64,000 bases of DNA from Falsiroseomonas sp. (lineage in GTDB: Bacteria; Pseudomonadota; Alphaproteobacteria; Acetobacterales; Acetobacteraceae): contig NZ_JAWLHG010000009.1 in the NCBI RefSeq assembly GCF_041690465.1, forward strand, positions 61,439 through 125,438, given 5' to 3'. Shown here piece by piece: positions 9,043-17,717 of this stretch. Made by a program: the position numbers and the translations under genes. How positions within the stretch are numbered: the first letter of the stretch is position 1; every line of letters begins with the position of its first letter. Under the pieces are notes generated by a model, which was given only the letters and a program-made list of their open reading frames with translations, did not search any database and was not told where the DNA came from.

Positions 9043-9114
9043 CGCCGTTCCATTCGCTTCTTCGCATCTTACCACATGCATCCGCGGATGTGATCGCGAA
9101 CAGCGGGCCGGCGC

Positions 9115-9765
9115 CTACTCCTTCGCGGGTGGCCAGGCGCGGCGTGCCTGGAAGGCATCCAGGCTGATGCGCGGCATTTCGAAGCGGTCCGTCGTCCGCA
9201 CATAGGCGTTCGGCGCCTCCATCCGGCCGATGAGCCGGAGCCTGGCCGTGTCGATGTAGTGGCGTTCGGCGTCCAGGACGCAGTCGTCCCGCACATGCAG
9301 GGCGAGCGCGCGTCCGAGCACCAGCAGATACGCGCCGATCGGGATCGTCTGGAAGGTTTCGCACTCCAGTGCGACCGCACTCTCGGCGATGCGCGGCGGT
9401 GCGACGCGGGTGGATGGCAGCGTGCCAAGACCGGCCTGTGCGATCTCGTCCACGCCCGGCGGGAACTCCACCGCCGTGACGTTCATCGCTTCGGTCGTGT
9501 CCTCCCCCACCAGGCAGACGACGAACTGGCCGGTCCTGCGGATGTTCCCGACGGTGTCCTTGCCGCCGCCCGACGCCCTGGGGCCGATGCTGAAGCCAAC
9601 GACGACCGGGTCGTTGGCGAGCACGTTGAAGAAGGAAAAGGGCGCCGCATTGCAGCGTCCCTCCTGGTCCAGCGTGACGACCCACGCGATGGGCCGCGGC
9701 ACGATGGTGGAGGTGACGAGCTTGTACTGCTCCTTGGGCGGCAGGCTGGGCAGGTCGAACAGCAT
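9115..9765 (-). CDS. Flavin reductase-like FMN-binding protein (DIM6/NTAB family)
   Basis: YKLVTSTIVPRPIAWV, NAAPFSFFN, KDTVGNIRRTGQFVV, PPRIAES..ALEC and LIGRM...Y. Confidence 0.9.
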   Translation of the reverse strand: MLFDLPSLPPKEQYKLVTSTIVPRPIAWVVTLDQEGRCNAAPFSFFNVLANDPVVVGFSIGPRASGGGKDTVGNIRRTGQFVVCLVGEDTTEAMNVTAVEFPPGVDEIAQAGLGTLPSTRVAPPRIAESAVALECETFQTIPIGAYLLVLGRALALHVRDDCVLDAERHYIDTARLRLIGRMEAPNAYVRTTDRFEMPRISLDAFQARRAWPPAKE

Positions 9766-9828
9766 GGCGGGTCCCCCGAAAGAGCTGAGCGGCGCGGTTC
9801 GGCCGGCCGCAGCCTGCCCCGCGTGCCG

Positions 9829-10605
9829 TCAGCTGCGGAAATGCTCCTCCGCCCGCGCCCAGAAGACGATGCGCCGCTGCGCCCATTGCAGCGTGGCGTG
9901 CAGGGTGACTCCCATGATCGAGAGCACCACGAACAGCGCGAAGGCCGCCGCGATGTCGAGAGAGAAATTCGCCTGCAGAATCAGGAAGCCGATTCCCTTA
10001 TTGGCCCCGACGAACTCGCCGACGATGGCGCCGATCACGCTGAACACGATGGCGGTGTTGAGCCCTGCGAAGATGAAGGGCAGGGCGTTCGGCAGCCGCA
10101 GGTAGCGCAGGATCTGCCACCGGCTGGCCGAGAGCGCGCTCATCAGGTCCAGCCGATCCTGGTCCACCGCCTTCAGCCCGGCGATCACGTTCACCAGCAC
10201 CGGGAACAGCGAGACCAGCGCCACGATGACGATCTTGGATTCGATCCCGAATCCGAACCACACGATGATCAGCGGCGCCACCGCCACCTTCGGCACGGTC
10301 TGCAGCGCGACCACGTAGGGGTAGACGATGCGCTCCGCCGTCGGGAAGACCACGACCATGGTGCCGATGGCCAGCCCCAGCAGGCTGCCGGCGACGAAGC
10401 CGGCGACCGCCTGGAAGGCAGTGATCGCGGCGTGGCCGAGGTAGTTCGCCTCCGCGAAGCCGTTGACGAAGGCGCTTGCCACCGCGCTCGGCGCCGGCAC
10501 CAGGTAGGGCGGCACCTCGAGGACACGGATCACCGCCTCCCACAGTGCGATGAAGGCCACGAAGGTGGCCAGTGGCAGTCCGGCGCTGCGCAGCCTGGCG
10601 CTCAC
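9829..10605 (-). CDS. ABC transporter permease (NitT/TauT/SsuC type)
   Basis: Multiple TM segments, PKVAVAPL and LRLPNALPFIFAGL EAA-like loop; in an operon with an ATPase and a binding protein. Confidence 0.92.
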   Translation of the reverse strand: MSARLRSAGLPLATFVAFIALWEAVIRVLEVPPYLVPAPSAVASAFVNGFAEANYLGHAAITAFQAVAGFVAGSLLGLAIGTMVVVFPTAERIVYPYVVALQTVPKVAVAPLIIVWFGFGIESKIVIVALVSLFPVLVNVIAGLKAVDQDRLDLMSALSASRWQILRYLRLPNALPFIFAGLNTAIVFSVIGAIVGEFVGANKGIGFLILQANFSLDIAAAFALFVVLSIMGVTLHATLQWAQRRIVFWARAEEHFRS

Positions 10606-11396
10606 AGCGCTGCCGCCGTCTGCGTGCCGCCGAGCAGACCGCGGATGTGGTGGACCATTCGGGCGAACTCCGGTGCCAGCGTGTCGTCCATGCTGCGCAG
10701 CCGCGGCATCGGGTTGGCGATCACGTCGATGATGCGGCCGGGGCGCGCCGACATCACGACGATGCGGTCTGCGAGGAACACCGCCTCCGCGATGCTGTGG
10801 GTGATGAACAGCACGGTCTTGCGGCTGGCTGCCCAGATCCGCTGCAGTTCGAGGTTCATCTGCTCGCGCGTCATCGCATCGAGCGCGCCGAACGGTTCGT
10901 CCATCAGCAGCAGCGGTGCGTCGTGCACCAGCGCGCGGGCGATTGCCGCACGCTGCTGCATGCCGCCCGACAGCTCCTGCGGGTAATTGTTCTCGAACCC
11001 GCCGAGCCCGACCAGCTCCAGCAGCGCCTTCGCTTTCGCCGTGTACTCGGCGCGCGGCAGCTTCAGCACGTCGGCCGGCAGCAGGACGTTGTCGAGCACC
11101 GTGCGCCAGGGGAACAGCACGGGTGTCTGGAAGACGATGCCGACGTCACTGCGGGGCCCGCTCACCGGCCGGCCATAGAGCATGATGGCTCCGGACGTCG
11201 CCGGCCGCAGTCCCGTGACCAGCTTGAGCAGCGTGCTCTTGCCGCAGCCGGACGGGCCGACGATGGCGACGAACTCCCGGTCGGCGATGTCGAGATCGAG
11301 CCCCGCCAGCGCCTCCACCGCGGACTCGCCGCGTCGATACACCATGCCGAGGTCGCGTATGGTCAGCGCGGCCCCGGTCGCGGCAGGCGACGCCAT
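10602..11396 (-). CDS. ABC transporter ATP-binding protein (NitT/TauT type)
   Basis: Walker A GPSGCGKST, signature LSGGMQQR and Walker B LLLMDEPFGALD. Confidence 0.95.
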   Translation of the reverse strand: MASPAATGAALTIRDLGMVYRRGESAVEALAGLDLDIADREFVAIVGPSGCGKSTLLKLVTGLRPATSGAIMLYGRPVSGPRSDVGIVFQTPVLFPWRTVLDNVLLPADVLKLPRAEYTAKAKALLELVGLGGFENNYPQELSGGMQQRAAIARALVHDAPLLLMDEPFGALDAMTREQMNLELQRIWAASRKTVLFITHSIAEAVFLADRIVVMSARPGRIIDVIANPMPRLRSMDDTLAPEFARMVHHIRGLLGGTQTAAAL

Positions 11397-11400
11397 CAGA

Positions 11401-12471
11401 TCAGGCCGCGCGTGCCCGCTGGACGATGGGCGCGGTATCCATCGCGTTCACCCGGTCGAGGAACTCCGTGGTGAACAGGCTGGCGCTGTCCACCGTCGCC
11501 GGCAGCAGCTTCTGGTCCACCATGAAGGCCTGGGTCGCATCCCATTGCGCCTTGGTCATGCTGCCCCAGGGCGTCGTGCTGTCGTCCCAGCGTTTCCACA
11601 GCTCGGCGGAGCGGGTCAGCACATGGGTGGCGCGCGCCATCGCCTCATCCTCCGAGAGGCCGGTCGGGCGGGTGAACATCTTCCAGTGCTCGCGCACCGT
11701 CGCCTGGGGCGCCACCTGCGCGAAGATGGAGCCGGCGACCACGCCGCGCAGCGCGCCGACGACCGCATCCGGGTTCTGCCGCATGAAGCCGGAATTGGCG
11801 ATCAGCACCGTGGAGGGCTGGTCGCGCTGGAAGTAGCGCAGCTTCACGCCGAGCGTCTCGATCACCGCATGCTGCGCGCGGAACAGCGAGAGCGCCTGCA
11901 CGCGGTTGGCGCGCAGCGCCGCGGCCGCCGCCGCGCCGTTGCCGACCGGCAGCATCTGCACATCCGATTGCGGGTCGAGCCCGGCATCGGCAAGCATGGC
12001 GCGCAGCGACGGGATGGCGCCGGAGGCCAGGTTGGCGACGCCGATGGACTTGCCCTTCAGGTCCGCGAGGCTGCGGATCATGCTCTCCTCCGGCACCACG
12101 ACCTCGTAGATGTTGCCGCGGTCTTGCAGGTAGACGGCCTGGATCGGCAGCGTCGGATTACGCTGCTTGGCGAGGATCATCACCTCCATCCCGATATAAC
12201 CGATCTGCGCCTGGTTGGTCGCGACCAGCTGCAACGTCGCCGCCGAGCCCGCTGCACTGCCGAATTCGGCCTCGATGCCCTGCTCGCGGTAGAAGCCGAG
12301 CGGAATGCCGAGGAAGAGGAAGCCGTGATAGGCCTCGATCGTCGCCGAGGCCCCCCAGATCCGCACCTTCGGCATGGCCTGTGCGCGTGCCACGCGCGCC
12401 CCGCCGAGGATCGCCGCCGCCGTGCCCGCGACGCCAGCCTTTGCGACACCGCGCCTGCTAATTCCGGTCAT
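11401..12471 (-). CDS. ABC transporter substrate-binding protein (NMT1/THI5/SsuA-like), Tat-type signal
   Basis: SRRGVAKAGVAG...ARAQA signal; GFYREQGIEAEF and IRSLADLKGKSIGV motifs. Confidence 0.88.
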   Translation of the reverse strand: MTGISRRGVAKAGVAGTAAAILGGARVARAQAMPKVRIWGASATIEAYHGFLFLGIPLGFYREQGIEAEFGSAAGSAATLQLVATNQAQIGYIGMEVMILAKQRNPTLPIQAVYLQDRGNIYEVVVPEESMIRSLADLKGKSIGVANLASGAIPSLRAMLADAGLDPQSDVQMLPVGNGAAAAAALRANRVQALSLFRAQHAVIETLGVKLRYFQRDQPSTVLIANSGFMRQNPDAVVGALRGVVAGSIFAQVAPQATVREHWKMFTRPTGLSEDEAMARATHVLTRSAELWKRWDDSTTPWGSMTKAQWDATQAFMVDQKLLPATVDSASLFTTEFLDRVNAMDTAPIVQRARAA

Positions 12472-12546
12472 TGCCGTCTCCCTCTTACCAAGCCCCCGTG
12501 ATGTTCCGCCTGTGCCGCTGCCCTTGTCGAGGGGCTTTCTCGCGGG

Positions 12547-13611
12547 TCAGTCGGCGAATCGCGGCATCACCTTCTCGCCGATCAGTTCGATGGATCGCAT
12601 CACCTGGTCGTGCGTCGTGTGGCCAGCCTGGAGGAAGAAGATCATCTGGTCGATCCCGACCTTGGCCCATTTCTCCACCTGCCGGCAGACCGTATCCGGG
12701 TTGCCGCCGATCGCCATCGCATCCTCGATCAGTTCGTCGTTGCTGCGCTTGCCGATCTTGTCGCTGATCCTGCCGACGCCGCCATCGGTGGCGAAGCGCA
12801 CCCGGTTCAGCTCCGCATCGTTGTCACCGTAGTACCACCGCGCCGCGGCGCAGGCGAGGTCGCGCCCGGTGCGGTCGTCGTCATGCACGCAACTGATCGC
12901 GAAGACGCCGGTCTGCGGGTTCGGCACGCGTGCGACCAGCGTGGAGGCATCGGCGTTGCGGATCGCCTCGCGGTAGGCGGCGATGGAGGGCGCGGTCTCC
13001 TCCGGCGTGTTGCGCGTCACGCCGATCACCCCGAAGCCCTGCCGGCCGGCATGCTGCCAGGTTTCCAGTGTGGAGGCGGCAACCCAGATCGGCGGATGCG
13101 GGCGCTGGACGGGGCGCGGCACGACATGGCGCGCGGGCAGGTCGAAATGCTCGCCCTTGAAGCCGGGGAACAGGTCGTTCTCCAGCATGCGCAGCACGGC
13201 TTCCATGGACTCGCGCCCGACATCGCGCCCGATCGCCGGGTCGTGGCCGAGGCCGGTGACGACATAGGGCGAGGTGCCGCGGCCGGCGCCGAAGTCGCAG
13301 CGGCCGTTGCTCAGCACATCGAGGGTCGCGACACGCTCGGCGATGTAGAAGGGGTTGTGCACGGGCATGAGGATCACGCCGAAGCCGAGACGCATGGTCT
13401 TCGTGCGCTGGCTGATCGCCGCCAGCACCATCTCCGGCTGGGAGCAGTGGCCGATCTCGATGAAGAAGTGCTGCTCGGTGATCCAGAAATGGTGGAAGCC
13501 GGCGGCATCGGCGGCTTCGGCCTGGGTCAGGCAGTTCCAGAAGCCGGTGCGTTCGGTGGTCTCGGTCCAGGGCCGCGGCATCTGGATCTGCGTCATCAGT
13601 CCGAACTTCAT
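12547..13611 (-). CDS. Luciferase-like (LLM-class) flavin-dependent oxidoreductase
   Basis: MKFGL start, AADAAGFHHFWITEQHF, LAAISQRTKTMRLG, HNPFYIAERVATLDVLSNGR..FGAGRG, PRPVQRPHPPIWVA and EKVMPRF. Confidence 0.92.
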   Translation of the reverse strand: MKFGLMTQIQMPRPWTETTERTGFWNCLTQAEAADAAGFHHFWITEQHFFIEIGHCSQPEMVLAAISQRTKTMRLGFGVILMPVHNPFYIAERVATLDVLSNGRCDFGAGRGTSPYVVTGLGHDPAIGRDVGRESMEAVLRMLENDLFPGFKGEHFDLPARHVVPRPVQRPHPPIWVAASTLETWQHAGRQGFGVIGVTRNTPEETAPSIAAYREAIRNADASTLVARVPNPQTGVFAISCVHDDDRTGRDLACAAARWYYGDNDAELNRVRFATDGGVGRISDKIGKRSNDELIEDAMAIGGNPDTVCRQVEKWAKVGIDQMIFFLQAGHTTHDQVMRSIELIGEKVMPRFAD

Positions 13612-13629
13612 GCGCCGGCCGGTCCCCAA

Positions 13630-13736
13630 GCTTTCTCGGAGTGGGAACGCTATGGCGCGGCCAGCCTTCCGTCAAAGGCATAACCGGCATAGCGTCCATA
13701 ACCCGGATGTTTGATCGCGCGGCGAAGGGAGACGCG
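13630..13736. promoter_or_regulatory. Divergent promoter region between the LLM operon and the LysR gene
   Basis: Divergent arrangement; direct repeat CATAACC(C)GG at 13679 and 13697; inverted GCTATG..CATAGC at 13649 and 13688. The binding role is inferred. Confidence 0.35.
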
Positions 13737-14672
13737 ATGGACACGCGTGCGCTGCGGTATTTCCAGGTAGTCGCGGAATACGGCTCCTACAGCCGCGGCG
13801 CGGAGTGGCTGCGCATCTCGCAGCCCGCCGTCAGCCGCCAGATCCGCCGGCTGGAGGAGGAACTCGGCTGCGAGCTGTTCCGCCGCAACGGCCATGGCGT
13901 GACGTTGACCGAGGCCGGGCGCGTGCTGCTGGAGCGCTCCCAGGCCGCGTTCCGCACGCTGGACCAGGCGCGCGCCGAAATCCGCGGCGGCGCGCAGGGC
14001 CCGACCGGCGCGGTTTCGATCGCCGTGCCGCCGGCGGCGGGGCGATGGCTGGTGCCGCCGCTCGCCGAGCAGATGGGGAAGCAACTGCCGGGCGTGCAGC
14101 TCCGCGTGCTCGGTGGCTTCTCCGGTACGATCGACGAATGGCTGGTACGCGGCCGCGTGGATCTCGCCCTGGTGCATGATCCGCTGCCGCGCCGCGGCTT
14201 TTCCATCACGCCGCTCGCGGAGGAGGAGGTGTGCCTGGTGGGCCTCCCGGGCGCGCCCGGCCTTGCGCGGCGGCATGTGCGGCCCGCCGACGTGCTGCGC
14301 CTGCCCTTGGTGCTACCGGGGCGGCCCAACGCCTCGCGCCGCCTCCTGGATGCCTGGCTGGCCGCGGAGGGAGGTGCGCCGCCGCCGCGGGTCGAGGCGG
14401 ACGACCACTCCGTGCTCCGCGCCCTGCTGCGCGCCGGCGCCGGCTACACCCTGCTCACACGCGGCGGCTTCGCGCAGGAGGCGCGGCGCGGCGAGCTTGC
14501 CGGTGTGCCGTTCCGCCCGCGCGTCTGCTGGACGCTGGCGCTGGTCGCCGCCTCGCAGCCGGCCGATCCGGATGTCATTATGCCGGTCGCACGGCTGCTG
14601 CGGCGTGTCGTCGGCGATTCGGTTCGCAAGGGCTGGCCGGCCCGTGCGCTTGCCGGCACCGCGCTGCCCTGA
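13737..14672 (+). CDS. LysR-family transcriptional regulator
   Basis: MDTRALRYFQVVAEYGSYSRGAEWLRISQPAVSRQIRRLEEELG..LFRRNGHGVTLTEAG HTH; AAGGGAGA RBS before ATG 13737. Confidence 0.95.
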   Translation: MDTRALRYFQVVAEYGSYSRGAEWLRISQPAVSRQIRRLEEELGCELFRRNGHGVTLTEAGRVLLERSQAAFRTLDQARAEIRGGAQGPTGAVSIAVPPAAGRWLVPPLAEQMGKQLPGVQLRVLGGFSGTIDEWLVRGRVDLALVHDPLPRRGFSITPLAEEEVCLVGLPGAPGLARRHVRPADVLRLPLVLPGRPNASRRLLDAWLAAEGGAPPPRVEADDHSVLRALLRAGAGYTLLTRGGFAQEARRGELAGVPFRPRVCWTLALVAASQPADPDVIMPVARLLRRVVGDSVRKGWPARALAGTALP

Positions 14673-14703
14673 CTAGCCTGCCCGCAACGGAGGGCAGGGC
14701 CGC

Positions 14704-15861
14704 ATGTCGAAGCACGATTTCACGCCGGAGGAATTTGCTGCCCGCCTGCGTCGCGCGCGCGAAGCGGTGGGCGCGGCCGGTCTCGACTGGCTGGTCGTGC
14801 TGCATCCCGTCTCGATCCACTGGCTGACCGGCGGCGAGGCGAAATCCTACCAGGCCTTCCAATGCCTGCTGCTGGCAGCGGAGGAGAAGCCGCTGACACT
14901 GCTCTCGCGCGGCTCCGATATCGGCGAGTGGCGGGACGACGCGCTGGTGGACGAGGCCGTGTCCTGGGGCGGGCCGGAGCCCGAGGATCCGATCGCCGCC
15001 TTCGCCCGGTTGGCGCGGGAGCGCGGGCTGCTTTCGGCGCGCGTCGGCATCGAGGTGCCGGGCTACTACCTGCACCCGCACCACTACGTCCAGTTGAAGG
15101 ACCTGCTTGGCGGCGCGCTGGTTGCGGAGCCGACCAACCTGATCCACGAGCTGAAGGCGGCGAAATCGCCAGCGGAACTCGTGCTGGTGCGCCAGGCTGC
15201 GGCGCATGCGGATGCGGCGCTGCACGCCTGCCGGGCCGTGGCGACCGCGGGCCGCAGCGAACTGGAGGTGGCGGCGGAGGCCTATCGCGCGCTGCTCGCC
15301 AGCGGCTGCGGCCTGCCGGCGAGCACGATGAACCTGGTGAGCGGCGAGCGGCTCTGCTACCCGCATGGCGCGCCGACACAGCGCGTGCTGCAGCCGGGCG
15401 ATGGCGGCAACATCGAACTCGGCGCGGCCTTCCGCCGCTACACCGCGACGCTCGGCCGCAATTTCCAACTCGGCAAGCCGCCGGTGCGGCTGCGCGAGAT
15501 CCATGCCGTGGTGCGGGAGGCCGGCGACGCGATGATGGCCGCGATCCGGCCCGGTGTTCCGGCGGTCGAGCCGCACCTCGCCGCGAAGCGAATCATTGCC
15601 AAGGCGGGCTTCGATGCGGGGCGGCTGCACACCTCCGGCTATGGGCTGGCGCCGGGCTTCCCGCCTTCCTGGGGCGAGCCGCTCAACATGTTCGGCGGCG
15701 CGACCGGCGTGATCGCGGAAGGCATGGTGCTGACGATCGAGCCGCCGATCTTCCTGCATGCGGAGCGACTTGGAGCGCGCCTGATCGACAACGTCGTCGT
15801 CACCGCGAGCGGCGCCGAGATTCTCTCACACGTGCCACGCGAAATCATCGAGGTCGGCTGA
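14704..15861 (+). CDS. M24 (pita-bread) family hydrolase, creatinase/ectoine-hydrolase-like
   Basis: Creatinase_N-like N-domain (EEFAARLRRAREAV...LDWLVV), KSPAELVLVRQAA, YPHG and MVLTIEP. Confidence 0.85.
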   Translation: MSKHDFTPEEFAARLRRAREAVGAAGLDWLVVLHPVSIHWLTGGEAKSYQAFQCLLLAAEEKPLTLLSRGSDIGEWRDDALVDEAVSWGGPEPEDPIAAFARLARERGLLSARVGIEVPGYYLHPHHYVQLKDLLGGALVAEPTNLIHELKAAKSPAELVLVRQAAAHADAALHACRAVATAGRSELEVAAEAYRALLASGCGLPASTMNLVSGERLCYPHGAPTQRVLQPGDGGNIELGAAFRRYTATLGRNFQLGKPPVRLREIHAVVREAGDAMMAAIRPGVPAVEPHLAAKRIIAKAGFDAGRLHTSGYGLAPGFPPSWGEPLNMFGGATGVIAEGMVLTIEPPIFLHAERLGARLIDNVVVTASGAEILSHVPREIIEVG

Positions 15862-16393
15862 CTGGCCGCGTGCGCCGCGGCTCGCCCTCCGGCGCGGCAA
15901 GTGCGGTCTGGCGGCGCGCTTCCGCTTCCAGCTTGCGCAGCGCGGAATCCATCACGCGCCGCTCCTCCTCGGACAGGCAGGCCTGGAAGGCGGCGTCGCG
16001 CTCCCGCGCGGCGGCGATCAGGCCGGCATAGGTGCGGCGACCCTCGGCCGAGAGGCGCAGCGCGACCTCGCGCGCGTCCTCCCGGCCGATCTCGCGCAGC
16101 ACCAGGCCGCGCTGCACCAGATCTGCGACCGCGCGGCTCGCCTGGCTCTTGTCCAGCCCGCTTTCCCTGGCGAGATCCTTGAGCGTCAGCGGCGCGAAAT
16201 CGCCGAGCAGGGCGAGGATGCGCCATTCCATCAGGCTGACGTCGAAGCCCTGGCGGTAGCGCAGCGCAGCACCACGCGAGAGCGCATTTGCCACGCGATG
16301 CATGCGGTAGGAGATCAGGTCCTTGATGGTCTGCGCGCCATCCGGCTCGGCATCCGGATCGGCGGGCGAGGTGCGGCGGCGCGCCGTGGGCAT
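15845..16393 (-). CDS. MarR-family transcriptional regulator
   Basis: EWRILALLGD...LTLKDLARESGLDKSQASRAVADLVQRGLV.R...DAREV.LRLS.EGR winged helix. Confidence 0.92.
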   Translation of the reverse strand: MPTARRRTSPADPDAEPDGAQTIKDLISYRMHRVANALSRGAALRYRQGFDVSLMEWRILALLGDFAPLTLKDLARESGLDKSQASRAVADLVQRGLVLREIGREDAREVALRLSAEGRRTYAGLIAAARERDAAFQACLSEEERRVMDSALRKLEAEARRQTALAAPEGEPRRTRPVSRPR

Positions 16394-16396
16394 GCG

Positions 16397-16975
16397 TCAA
16401 TCCTCGAAGAAGGGTGTCTCGGCCTCGGGCGGGCCGTGCAGCAGCAGGTCGAAGCGGAAGGCGGGGATGTTGTCCTCCATTCCGTCCGGGAGCGCCACGA
16501 GCCTGTGGCGCAGCGCTGGCGGCAGGGCGAGCAGCACCGGGTCCTGTGCGTTTGTCGGCTCGCCGGGGAAGAAGACGGTGGTCAGCAGTCGGCCCATGAT
16601 GCCGGAGCCGATCAGCAGCAGGTTTACATGCGGCGCACGCGTGCCGGCAGGATCGGCATAGGAGCCAGGCCGGATGGAACGGAAGCTGTAGCGCCCCTCC
16701 GCATCCGTCCAGGCGCGGCCCCAGCCGAGGAAGCCTGGATCGGCTTCACCAGCGGCGGCGTCGAGCGGGTGGGCGAAGCGGCCAGCGGCATCGGCCTGCC
16801 ACGCCTCCAGGACGACGTTGACGCAGGGGCGGCCGCCTTCCTCCAGCACGCGGCCGCGCAGCAGGATGCGCTCGCCATGCGCGGCGCCGCGCGCCATATC
16901 GCTGTCGCCTTCGCGAAAGAAGCTTTGCGGGAAGAAAGGGCCGATGGTGTGCCAGGGCGTCGGCGTGCGGGTCAT
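16397..16975 (-). CDS. pcaG: Protocatechuate 3,4-dioxygenase alpha subunit (intradiol)
   Basis: TPTPWHTIGPFF, ILLRGRVLEEGGRP, LEAWQADAAGRF, GWGRAWTD, RAPHVNLLLIGSGI...LLTTVFFPGE and ETPFFED; lies downstream of pcaH. Confidence 0.88.
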   Translation of the reverse strand: MTRTPTPWHTIGPFFPQSFFREGDSDMARGAAHGERILLRGRVLEEGGRPCVNVVLEAWQADAAGRFAHPLDAAAGEADPGFLGWGRAWTDAEGRYSFRSIRPGSYADPAGTRAPHVNLLLIGSGIMGRLLTTVFFPGEPTNAQDPVLLALPPALRHRLVALPDGMEDNIPAFRFDLLLHGPPEAETPFFED

Positions 16976-16986
16976 GGCGGCGCGCC

Positions 16987-17703
16987 TCAGGGCAGGGCGG
17001 GCGTGGCGCGGCGGCCGCGCAGCACCAGGTCGTGCACGAAGCCGAGCCACTCGCCGGGCACCTCGGCCGGCGGAAGCTGGCGCGCCATCAGGCTCTCGCG
17101 CGCCGCCGCGTCGGGCACGGCGTTGAGCAGCCGGTCATGCGCGTTCAACGGATCGCCCGGGAAATACATCTGCGTCACCAGCCGCGAGAGGCAGGAGGGG
17201 CCGAGCACCGACATGTGGATGTGCGGCGGCCGCCACCAGCGCCCGGACTCCGGCACGGGATAGGCGCCGGGCTTGATGGTGAAGAAGGCGTAGCTGCCTT
17301 CCTCGTCGGTGCGCGTGCGGCCATTGCCGATGAAGTCCGGATCGAGCGGCGCGTCCCGCGTGTCGAGCGGGTTCAGGTAGCGGCCGGCGGCGTTGGCCTG
17401 CCAGAGCTCGACGATGGCGCCGCGCACCGGCCGGCCATCCTCGTCCAGCACGCGGCCGGCGACATGGATGAGCTGGCCGATCGCGATGCGACCGGGCGCA
17501 GTGCGAGCGAGGTCGTTGTCGCCGGGGTGCAGCAGCGGGCCGAGGTCGCGCGGCCCGGTCAGCTCGGTGCGCGTGAGCGGGCGGCGGAACGGCGCGCGGT
17601 TCGGGTTGCGGCGCACCGTGTTGGGATAGCCGGCGATGGGCACGGCGGGCTGCACCTCTGCGCGCAGCGGGTCGAAGCAATTGGCGGGCAGATCGTCCGG
17701 CAT
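16987..17703 (-). CDS. pcaH: Protocatechuate 3,4-dioxygenase beta subunit (intradiol)
   Basis: TELTGP, IHVAGRVLDEDGRPV, VELWQANAAGRY (Tyr ligand), TIKPGAYP (Tyr ligand), WRPPHIH (Arg plus two His ligands) and LVTQMYFPGDP. AAGGAG RBS 9 nt before ATG 17703. Confidence 0.92.
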   Translation of the reverse strand: MPDDLPANCFDPLRAEVQPAVPIAGYPNTVRRNPNRAPFRRPLTRTELTGPRDLGPLLHPGDNDLARTAPGRIAIGQLIHVAGRVLDEDGRPVRGAIVELWQANAAGRYLNPLDTRDAPLDPDFIGNGRTRTDEEGSYAFFTIKPGAYPVPESGRWWRPPHIHMSVLGPSCLSRLVTQMYFPGDPLNAHDRLLNAVPDAAARESLMARQLPPAEVPGEWLGFVHDLVLRGRRATPALP

Positions 17704-17717
17704 GCGGTGCATCTCCT

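Noticed and set aside
16397-17703. Possible pcaG/pcaH frameshift or fusion, given overlapping upstream ORF extensions
   Set aside because: Both subunits have clean starts (17703, 16975) and stops with intact motifs; the extensions are chance open frames.
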